The notes beneath the pieces are model-generated. The model had not been told where the DNA came from, searched no databases, and saw nothing but the letters and a program-made list of their open reading frames with translations. A stretch of DNA of 64,000 bases from Rhizophagus irregularis. Lineage: Eukaryota. Positions within the stretch are counted from its first letter, which is position 1. Every line of letters begins with the position of its first letter. The translations under genes and the position numbers were made by a program. This document shows, piece after piece, positions 1 to 11,955 of the stretch. The stretch spans positions 4,340,001-4,404,000 of the forward strand of contig NC_089430.1 of the NCBI RefSeq assembly GCF_026210795.1. Direction: 5' to 3'.

Positions 1-54
1 TAACTTAATGTTTCTTATTGTAATTTATTTATTTTTATTTATTTAATCTTTTAG

Positions 55-3000
55 GTTAAAAGGTATTCAGTAAGAAAAGTTCCTTATGAATTTCTTAAAA
101 TATATGGAATATCTCAGAATCCAGATACAAATGATTATATTTTAATTCAAAATAATTCCATAAACCTTGTAAACTGGATGAGTGGCAATGAACAAATTGA
201 TAATTTCATCCAAGAAATGCTATTGGAAACCAATTATTCCGATATATCATTTGAATGGATACCATATAATCAGCTCTATGCAATTAAAGAAACGGGAAAA
301 AATGATTTAATGACGCTATATTCAGCAATATGGAAAGATGGTCCATTGCATTATAATTCTAAAAATGAAAGAAATTCAAACAAAGAAGTTGTTTTAAAAT
401 GCTTGCATGACTCACATAATTTAATTGAATCTCTACTAATAAATGAGGTATGGTATTTCTATATATATATAACTTAGTGTTTCTTATTGTAATGTATTTA
501 TTTTATTATTTAATCTTCTAGGTTAAAAAGTATTTAGTGAAAAAATTTTGTTATAAGTCTCTTAAGTTATATGGGATATCTCAAAATTCGGATACAAATG
601 ATTATATTTTGATTTTTAACTGGACAAGTGGAAATGATAAAATTGATAATTTGATCCAAGAAATGCAATTGAAACCCAATCATTCTGATATAGTATTTGA
701 ATGGATACCATATAATCAGCTTTATGACATTAAAGAAACAGGAAAAGATAGCTTTATGACAGTATATTCAGCAATATGGAAAGATGGTCCATTATATTAT
801 AATTATAGAAATAAAGACCATTATATAAGAAATTCAAACATAAAAGTTGCCTTAAAATGTTTGCATAACTCATATAATCCAATTGATTCCCTAATAAATG
901 AGGTATAGTATTTTATTTGTATCCGAATGTTCCTTATCAAAATATTCATTTTATTAATGATTTAGGTTAAAACATATTCAGTAAAAATATTTGGTTATAA
1001 TAAGTTTATTGAAGTATATGGAATATCTCAAAATCCAAGCACAAATAATTATATTTTGGTTCAAAATAACTTCATAAATCTTGTAAATTGTATGAGTGGG
1101 AATGAAAAAATTGATGATTTAATTCAAACAATACAATTGAAATCAAATAATTCTGATATAATATTTGAATGGATACCATATGATCAGTTTTATGAAGTTA
1201 AAGAAAATGGCAAAAATGATTTAATGACAATAATTTCAGCAATATGGAAAGATGGTCCATTTCATTATGATTATAAAAATGATTATTATACAAGAAGTTC
1301 AAATGAAAAGGTTGCTTTAAAATGCATGCATAGCTTGCAAAGTCCAATTGAATGCCTAATAAATGAGGTATAATATTTCTATATATATTTTAATTTTCTT
1401 ATTGTAAAATTTATTTTATTTATTAATATTTTAGGTTAAAAAATACTCAGCAAAAATATTTGGTTATGAATTTATTAAAATATATGGAATATCCCAGAAT
1501 CCAGATACAAATGATTATGTTTTAGTTCAAAATAATTTCATAAACCTTGTAAATTGGATGAGTGGTAATGAAAAAATTGATAATTTCATTCAAGAATTGC
1601 AATTAGAAACCAATAATAACTTTGATATGATAGTATTTGAATGGATACCATATAATCGGATTTATAAAATTGAAGAAACAGGTAGAAATGATTTTATGAC
1701 AGTATATTCAGCAATATGGAAAGAGGGCCCACTATGTAGGAATTTGCGGAGCAGTAAATGTACAAGAAATTCAAATAAAAAAGTTGCTTTAAAATGCTTG
1801 CATAACTCACATAATTAAATTGAATCTCTAATAAATGAGGTATAGTATTTTGTATATATTTTAATGCTTCTTATTGTAATTTATTTATTTTTATTTATTT
1901 AATTTTTTAGGTTAAAAAGTATTCAGTAAAAAAATTTGGTTGTGAGTTTCTTAAGTTATATGGAATAACTCAGAATTCAGACACAAATGATTATATTTTG
2001 GTTTTTAACTGGACAAGTGGAAATGATAAAATTGATAGTTTCATCCAAGAAATGCAATCAAAATTCAATTATTCTGATGTATTTGAATGGATACCATATA
2101 ACCAGCTTTATGAAATTAAAGAAACGGGAAAAAATGATTTTATGACAGTATATTCAGCAATATGGAAAGATGGCCCATTACATTATAGTTTTAGAAATAA
2201 TGACTATTATATAAGAAATTCAAATGAAGAAGTCGCCTTAAAATGTTTACATAACTCACATAATCCGATTGAATCTCTAATAAATGAGGTATAGCATTTT
2301 ATATATAACTTAATGTAAGTTTCTTATTGTAATTTATTTTATTTTATTTATTAAACTTTTAGGTTAAAAGGTATTTATTAAAAAAAATTGGTTATGAATT
2401 TATTAAAATATATGGAATATCTCAGAATCCAGATACAAATGATTATATTTTAGTTCAAAATAATACAATAAACCTTATAGATTGGACAAGTGGAAATGAA
2501 AAAATTGATGATTTCATTAAAGAAATGCAATTTAAAACCAATAATCCTGACATAGTAATTAAATGGATATCATATAGTCAGTTTGATGAAATTAAGGAAA
2601 TAGGTAAAGGTGGTTTTGCTACAATATATTCTGCAATATTGAATGATTTCAAAGTTGCTTTAAAATGCTTGGACAACTCACAAAATCTCATTGATGAATT
2701 ACTAAATGAGGTAAGAATAATTACACAAATTTTCAATTATTTTTCAATATATTTTATTTATGTATGGATGTTTTATAGGTTAAGGCATATAAAGTAGTAC
2801 TTAACAATAGTAGATTAAGTAGAATTCTGAAAGTATACGGAATATCTCAGGATCCAGATACAAGAAATTATATTATTGTTCTTTATTATGCAGAGGGTGG
2901 AAATTTTAATAATTGGATAAATATAAATGAAAATTATAAATGCTTTAATTGGCAAAATAAAATACGAATATTATATAGTATTTCAAATGGTCTTAAAGAA

Positions 3001-3606
3001 ATTCATGAAAAACAGATGGTTCATCGCGATTTTCATACAGGAAATATATTATTTAATACTCCTTTTAGAGAAGAATATGCTAATAGGATTTATATTTCAG
3101 ACATGGGATTATGTGGAAATGTTAATGATATCAATCGAAATAATAAAAATAATATTTATGGAGTTATGCCTTATATTGCTCCTGAAGTATTAAGAGGAAA
3201 ACCTTATACTCAAGCAGCAGATATCTATAGTTTGGGTATGATAATGCATTTTGTAGCAACTGGAAGTCAACCTTTTGGCAATCGTGCACATGATCATAAT
3301 TTAGTATTAGATATTTATAATGAAATTAGGCCTGAAATAAACGAGCCAGAAGCACCAAAAAGTTACATTGACTTAATGAAAAAGTGCTGGGATTCAAATC
3401 CAGAAAATAGACCCAATATAACTGAATTTATAGAGTCACTTCGCTATATTAGTGTATCTGAAATTGAAGAAGCAGAAAATTATAGAAATTTACATCTCTC
3501 TACTTTAAAAGGAGATAGAAAGATAACTACTCATTCTCAAGCTGTTTATACATCTCGATTACTTAATCCTTTTACGGAATGTTTAGATTGTGCAATTACT
3601 GATTAA
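55..3606 (+). CDS. Multi-exon tyrosine-kinase-like protein kinase with tandem N-lobe-like repeat exons (5' end outside window; one in-frame TAA at 1816-1818, so possibly a pseudogene)
   Basis: Phase-0 GT-AG exons 55-447, 522-902, 966-1367, 1435-1839, 1911-2288, 2363-2710, 2779-3606. The last two exons carry GKGGF, VALK, HRDFHTGN, DMG, YIAPE and DIYSLG kinase motifs. Confidence 0.85.
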
Positions 3607-6600
3607 TCAAATTAGATAAAAAAGAAAGAGGTAAAATTTACTTTGTTATTTTTGAACATTTATAGAATCTCATTTATAATGAAATATAATTTTCGTTCGA
3701 CTTTTTTAGATATTATAAGTAGTAAACGTAAATTTTTATTTTAAACGAGAGCTCACTAATTCTAAATCTCTATTTTGTTTTTTTATAAGTAAATAAATGC
3801 TTTTAAAACCCTGTATTGTATCCAAATTTTGTATTGTTACCTTTTTGTATATTGTTCGGGTAACGTAACTAATTAATATGCAAATTACAGAAATAAAATT
3901 ATTAATGAATAACATAGTAAAACTCTGAGAATATCATCTATAGTATATCTATAATCATCTTCGGGCCTTAATATTTTTACTACTTTTCATTACTTAAAAT
4001 TATTATTGCGGATTACAATTAATAATAACAAAAATTATTTTTGTTATTTTTCCTTTTTAGTTCAGTCACTGATTAAAATAATCAAAATAATCATAATAAA
4101 CTTATTTTTTAGTCAATTATAGAATTCATCAAATCCTATAATACCGCAATAAATAATATTTCCCTGTTAAAAAACAAATCAAATTAAAGAGATGATGCGA
4201 ATGAAATAATAAGTAATACTTTTTAGGATGCTATTTTGAACGAACGGCTTTTAGAATATACGACAATAATAATCATGCTATTTAAAAAATGGCCACTTCA
4301 TACAACTTATAATTATCTAATACTTTTAATTCAAAGTCTGTTAATAAATATATGTTTTATTAAAAAATTGATGTTAGAACGATTTAATGTGTAATATCAT
4401 AATAATATTTAATGGACATAATTTTATCACTTTTAGGAAGAATTAGAGAGAAGATGGCAATTGGGGAATATGGTTAACATTTTTATTTGTTAAATAAATG
4501 ATTTAATTGAAGATAATTTATTTTCGTTTGATTCATTTACCAAGTCATGAGAAAACAATGGATGCCCGATTAAATTCGTTACTTACTATATTTTATCGAC
4601 GTGCTAGTTAGGAACTCAGTTTATCTTTTTTTATTTTGTAATTTGTTTTATTGGCATAAATTGCTGCGTGTTTAAATTAATAAAATTGATGATTTGATGA
4701 TCAACCAAGCAGAATTAATACGTATAAGTCGTATAACATATAAACCAATCCAAGCTAAAAGAAAAAGATCAATATAAAAATGAACTTTTAGATTCTAGTA
4801 ACATTTAAAATCGAAAATGATACAACTTCAGTTGAAAAGTCAAGTTTCTTGTTTATAATAGTCACGTGATTATTATTATTATTTTTCGGAAAAAATTGTC
4901 TTTTAATCTTTTAATTAAAGTCTATTTAAAGATAACTTTTTATTCATGTATAAACAAAAGCATTCCACAACAAATAAACATCTGTTGGCTAAACTTTGCC
5001 ACGTCAGTGGTAAAATTTATAGCCGATCACCTATTACTTTATTAATCTATGTGACAATGTGACATGTGATATTGCCCACGTACTACTATAATATTTATAA
5101 TATTTGTAGCAAAGGACTATTTATTGTACGGAACTAGATAAATTTGTAGTACCGGTTTAACCCATTCATTTTTCCTTCCTTTCACCTACGTCACTATAAT
5201 TTAGCCCCTGCTTATTTCCTTTTATGTTTTGTAGTAACGCATTATTTTTAGCAACAAATTTTGTCACATTTTTGTACCATTTATATATATATACAGTATA
5301 TATAAATTATTGTTACTATTAAGCGTTTAAGCGACGGACTCTCCGTTTTCCTATTAAATAATAAATAATGTACAGTATATAGTTTATACATATACTGTAT
5401 CTGACGCTATATAGTATAAATAAATTTTATTAGAAAAAATTTAATTATTATTTTTTTTTAAATTTAATAATGTGACTGTAAACTCAGCTAATGACTTGGA
5501 ACATAGTTAAATAATATATATACATTTTTGTTATATATTGTCCAAATTTGTACAACAAAAAAAAAAATAGTATTTGAGATACTCATTTTTTTTCGTAGCA
5601 CACAATGCCACACATTTCTTTCGCATAATTTTTTTACTGATAAATTAATTTTCTTTACTATTTTTTCGGAGTACCTATATCAGTTTCAGATCAAATAGCT
5701 TATGAATCAATTGATTGACAAATATGACTCATAAGAATTTTCTATCTACTCAACCATTATTTTTTTTAATATAGCGTGACTATCAAAAAATGTTACAATC
5801 ATCCTCAACCTATTGAAACCATTAAATATTTACCATTACTTACCATGTTATTTTATCATTCTTCTCATATTCTCACAAACATAATTGTCCTAATTTTTAT
5901 TTCATTGAAATTCATAATTAATCAAGAGAAATTTAGCAAATTTTGCAGTAATATGTCAAAAAGGTTATTTGGTACAATTAAAAAAAATAATATTTTATTA
6001 GCTTTTTAATAAAAATGAATAATGAATTATTACAAATAGAGGATAAACGTTTTTAATTAATATATTTCACAAACTAGTATTGATTCTAGGAATATAGTAA
6101 AATTATTATAATTTAATTTACAATTTTTTTTTTTTAATAGTAAAAGTATAAATACTATAGCGAATAACTTTCGACAATTATTAAGGTGTTATTACGTCGT
6201 TCTAATGTACTGTTTGAAATTAATGACGAAAACACTTTCTCTAAATATTTCTATAATTTTTATTTGATTGGATAAGTAAATTTGAAAAGATAATCTTATT
6301 AAGATAGAGAACTGATTTACAGATAGATAATAGCATAAATAAAACTGATTTGTAAATTTCCATCCTCCATCTTCGCAATGAGCGAAGTATTTTCAGAGTG
6401 TGATCTGTTTAAATAAAGAACATTTACCTAAGTACGTCAAATTTAGAGATTACTTATGAATTTTAGGGATAAAAACATATAGTATCTTAGAATTGGATTA
6501 TGCTGAAATAAACGAATATACCGTATTCCCCAAAATTAAGCACTGCCTTTTTACACATAATTCCAAAAATATTTATAATCTTAATTTCGGAAGAATATGG

Positions 6601-6898
6601 AAATAATATAATATAATATAATATAATATTTATTTACCACGTTTCCTAGTTAAAATTTGTGATTTTTTTTCTTGATATTCTCACGGGTGGTGTTTATTTA
6701 AAAGATAGGTAAAAAGTCTGAATAAAGTTTATCATTATTAGGGCTTTATGGTATGAGATAAATCAGTTATTTCAGGAATAACGGCTGCGCCGTGAAAATC
6801 ATTGATATTCCACAGTTCCCCGTTATTACATATTGTTTATATCAAAAATTACTGTCATATATTAATAATGGTTTTATTTAATATACTGTATATGAAAC

Positions 6899-7356
6899 AC
6901 TATCCATCTACAATAAAAGTTTCGATTTCCTCAATGTTATAAACTGAATCAGTATGTCAGCATTAAAATTTTTTTCATAATTTTTACTACGATTGTTAAT
7001 ATATAAACGATTACCGATCAAACACAATATATTGAACCAAATTTAAATCCAATATAATATGACATGAGTTTCTTTTATTACTCAGCTTATTTTCTTATTT
7101 TGAATATCTTCATTATGATCATATGAGAAAATAAAATTATCTGATGAATAATACTGTATAATCAAAACTCATATTCAAAGATATAATCACCCCCTAATGA
7201 ACGAAACCCGATAGAACTGTATCAACCAAAAAATTTTATGTGTATTTTCAACTTTAATCATGACTAAACTTGCGACCATTACACTTATTCCTAAATGATA
7301 AACTACTAATTTCATCACGACTATCACGATAAATAGGTTCAAACTTATATAATGGA
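6899..7356 (-). pseudogene. Degenerate duplicate TLDc-domain fragment directly downstream of the BTB-TLDc gene
   Basis: Recognisable remnants (IYRDSRD, SLVMIKVENTHKIF, YSSIGF, SDNFIFS, VYNIEEIETFIVDG*) broken by frameshifts; parallels 7381-7860. Confidence 0.7.
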
Positions 7357-7380
7357 TTACGAGACAGCAACAAATAAACA

Positions 7381-8912
7381 TCATAATATTAAATCCTCGC
7401 ATTTTCTATTTACGGTAAAGACTTCAATTTCCTCAATGGTATAAACTGTCGCAGTTTTTAACTTATTTTCATAACTTTGGCTACTATTATTAGCATATAA
7501 ACCATTACCGCTCATAACCAATGAACCCCAACCAAAACTAAATGCATTTTCTTTATGAACCATTATGGCTTGAGTTTCTTTTACTACCCGACTTATTTTC
7601 ATATTTTGAGTATCATCGCCATCTTCAAATGAGAAAATAAAATTATTTGATGAATTGTAAAATCGATAACCATACTCAACAATATAACCACATCCTAATG
7701 AACTGAATCCGATAGAACTGTATCCACCAAAAATCTTATTTGTATTTTTAACTTTGATTAAGACTAAACTTTCTACTCGTCCATTACATCTTATTCTAAA
7801 TGATCTATTATTAATTCCGTCACGACTACCACGATAAATAATATTAAGCTTATAAAATGGGCCATTTCTATTATTAATATACATGGCATCTTTATTATTA
7901 ATCCAATTAATTATTATTTTTGCAAGTTTTTGGTTGATAATATTTGATTTGAATATTAAACCAATTCTAGGAGGTAACATTGTAGTTATTGGTAAGGCGT
8001 CTTTATGAAATTCTTCAATTTCTTCATAAATATTATCAGTAATAATATTTCTATAAGGACGGACTTTATCAAAAAAATCGGCGTGAGAAATTCCTGCAAA
8101 TCGAATGAGAGGAATAAATTGATTTAAAGTATTTTTCAACGCTTCGTAATCTTCATAATTCCAGTTCTCTCTATCACAATTCTCATTTCCAAGACCTGGA
8201 GTTTGTTCAATACCCCATTTAATTAAATAATCCCAAATGATAATTTCTTCAATCTGTAAGTCGTCTCTTTTAAGTACGCCAAGAAGTATTTGTTTATTTA
8301 TTGAGGGAAAAGATTTTGAAGAAAAAAATGGTAGTAGATCTTCACGGATAGATTCAAGACAATAATCTTGTAATCTTTTGCAATTATCGAGTCTAAACAC
8401 GGTATTAAGAACAAATATGAAATTTTCCCGTACCCAATTTGTTTGTTTTTCAATTAAATAATCTTGAACATGTTCAAATAATTCTTCAAGTAGTAGTTCA
8501 TCGGATGCAACTAGTAGATCAAGAATATTCTCACCCGATTGTTCAGTTAAATCAAGTTCACCAGTATAAATGTATCTAATAAAAAGTTATATATATAATT
8601 TCGAATAAATTAATAATTTGAAATTTTGTAAAAAAAAAAAAAATTAAATGATTCTCACCTCAAAACCATATCAAAAATAGTTGGTGTTAAATTCGGTTTA
8701 CTAAATATAATCATATTATCTTTTTTTGTAATCCAATTAGAGGAAAGGGCACTTTTAAAATAAAGTGAACGAGCACGTAAGATAACTGAATGTGCACGAA
8801 ATTCTTTTATATTTTGATTTTCACCAACTTGAATAATAACATTATAATCATCTGCATCATCTAATATTAAGGAAAGGTCTTTTGAAAGACCATGATGAAA
8901 AGTTAAAGCCAT
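7381..8912 (-). CDS. BTB/POZ-BACK-TLDc domain protein (paralog 1)
   Basis: Exon 8912-8659 (DYNVIIQVGE..FRAHSVILRARS, BTB), intron 8658-8576, exon 8575-7381 (BACK-like IEEIIIWDYLIKWG; TLDc IYRGSRDG..IFGGYS..FIFSF..IEEIEVF). Confidence 0.9.
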
Positions 8913-10499
8913 ATATATTTTTTTTTTAAAAAAAAAAAAATTAAAAAAAAATTCTTCACACATTTAGGTTCAATTAAATATGGAAATCATTATGCTTAAA
9001 AATTTTGTAACATTACACCAAATTATTTCATATTTCTATATTAAGTTAGTTTATAATGAACCAAAGTAATGCGATGATCCGTTCTGTATTACGTAATTCT
9101 GGCCCTAGAACTAATAGTAAATGAGTGCCCTTGTTATATTGCCGCAACCGGTGTAACATAGTGATATATAGTGTCACCCATACCACCTCGGAAAGGAGTA
9201 ATGTCTAACCGTCACCGTTCACGTGACTTCCACGTTCGCCGAGGTTGGTTTGGTAAATGATCCCTTACACTTATCAATTGATAATCCGCATAACGTCAAG
9301 AATTGAAGTTCCTTTAATTTTTCTTACTGTTTGTATTTTTTTTAACAATCCATTATTTTTTCTTGCCATCAAGCATTTCTTTATTAAATATTATGCCAAA
9401 TAACATGGCAAATACTGTACAACAAATAGTACAAATACGTATATTTGCTTTTATCAATACTACATATATGATATATTATTTAAATGTGTATAATACATTG
9501 AGATATATTTTTTTTTGCACGAAAATGTGATAATTTATAGATAAAATTCGATATTTGTGTGGCGAGCATATTTTTTATATAACATTCTCTGAATTAATAA
9601 TATTTATTGATAATAGTACTATTAATGAAATGTATACTTTACTCTACGAATAAAAAAATATATAAGTACTAATTAAAAACAATATTAATAAAGTAGTTGA
9701 ATTTTTCTAAAACATTTTACACCCACAAAATTTAATCTAAATTATTCAAAATTAATTACATTTTAATAACATTTAGGATTAAACCAACTATTCATTTCAG
9801 AAATTAAACTTTTTTATTTCTAGTAAAAAGCATTGCCACTTACGTATTTTCATACAATTACTAATTCCCTAAAAGTATAGTGAAAAAAATGTTTCATTAT
9901 TTACAACGTCTCCTCCTTTTAAACAAAATAGTCGCCCTTAGAAATAGAATAAATATACAGTATGTGAATAGTATTAAAAAATAGAAAAACCAAAACTTGT
10001 ATTAAATTTTCATATAAGTCTTACGTCATAATTACAACTGTCCAGTCCCTGTGGCCAAGGCACCATGAAAGTATTTTAGGTTGAGTCTTCCCATAAAAGA
10101 TAGTTCTGTTATCCTGAGAGAAAAACATTTTTACAAAAATCTCTATATAGACTAAATAGAGAACATACTGTAGATGAAGAAAAATGTATTCACAGCAACA
10201 GACTGGATGTCACAATCAGAAAAGTTAGAATTTGAAAGTTTACCAAGGATACATCCTCAGATGCTGAAGTCGAATCCCAGCGACTGTAATATGATTTACT
10301 ACAAAGAGTGCAAACGCTTGAATTAAACCAAAAACAAGTAGGAGATGGAATTATTTATAAAGTGGATGTAGTATAACGAGATGATAAAAATGTTTTCAAC
10401 CTATTTTTACGTCCAAACGACTATACTACGTCAGAAGATAACATAATACTAAAGACAATCCAACATGTACAACAAGTTCAAAAACCTTTATACTCCTTC

Positions 10500-11300
10500 A
10501 TCTCCAAATAACGAAAGGAAAAACAACGTCAGAAAAACCAATGGTATCATGAAAAATAAGTGTCTTAGAAAACTTTACGAACGCAATTACAATGAAATTA
10601 TTAATTCAACCAGTGATATGGACAGTTTCCAATGATGCTTGGCCTCCATACAACGTAGGAGGTCTTTGCGTGATTCAAAGTGAACTATCAACATTTTTTT
10701 CACTTTATCTAACAAGGTTTTAAAAGATTTTTCTTCAATGTCATACTCAAATAATCTTGAAAGGATTGGGTTTCATGATAACTAAACATAATCGGATTGT
10801 TATCATAATCATCCAGAATGGGAAATTTTACTTGAAACCGTTCACATATCTTACAATCTTTTAAGTCTTAACTTCCAATGTTCAGGGAACCAACGGACAA
10901 ATGTATCACCAAAGTGACCCAACATTTGTCATAACAAAGTTCGAGCCAATGATAGGTTTTAATACCATCTTGGTCCAAACGAACTGATATTGTGTTGCGT
11001 TTTAAACGACGTTATTGTTCATAGTTAATTTGGTGATCTTGCCCTTTTTAGTTTGTATCTCCATTGGTATTACGGCCTTTGGATCTGGAGTACCAATGGG
11101 CTGTGAAGTAGATTGCAAATTTTGATTAACATGGGAATTGCCTTCCTGATTTGGTTGAACTATGGTAATATCCAGATCATCAATGCTATCTATATTCATA
11201 GATTTGTCTCCGTAGAAACATGCACTTTTGAATTATTATACTTCTTCTGCTGTTTCTTCAGCTGCGTCTTAGCAGCCTTTTGGATGAGAGAAGGTAAAGC
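10500..11300 (-). mobile_element. Degenerate non-LTR retrotransposon ORF1 (gag-like) remnant
   Basis: Minus-strand DTFVRWFPEHWKLR motif near 10870-10910 resembles FIRWYDAKLDLK in the ORF at 54587-56653; low-complexity N-terminal ORF 11002-11199; boundaries approximate. Confidence 0.4.
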
Positions 11301-11955
11301 GTTCTGGTACTGAGAGCTCGGACTATCCAGATGCTGATGAGCTTTACAGCGAGCTGATCAATATAATTGGTATATACCGCCGTGTTATATACCGGTATAT
11401 GCCCTGCGATATATATAACATGTTATCTACCCATGTGGCATTTCTTACGCCACGCAGCCGTCTTCAAAGGTCAAAAATTACTCAGACTTTTTCATATGCC
11501 CACCTCCTTACTTCATAACAAAATTTGCAAAGAGTACTATTGTACTGGTGCTTGATACTCTCAAAAGAGATGTGAAAGTGAAAAAAAAAGACAAGTAAAT
11601 ATTAGTTTCAACTCTTTTATAGCTAATGATCGACAAGTTAAGTTGTTATTTTTATAATTTAGTGATGCCATCAAACTTTTCGGACGCTCTACCGGTTCTT
11701 TCTGCCTAATTAAATCTGGCTGAAAATTGGTATCTGCATTTTGCATAGATAATATTACACAAATATCTATATAGTATATATACTCGAATAAAGGCGTTTA
11801 ATTGTATTTACCCTATTTTTTAGGAAGAATTCCAATAAAATTATTTAGTAATGGCTCAAAGTAACGATGAAGGTAAAAGCATATAATATGAATATAGATA
11901 TCTAATACAAATTGAAATTGCTCTAAAATTTTTTTCAAACCAAATTTGCAACATA

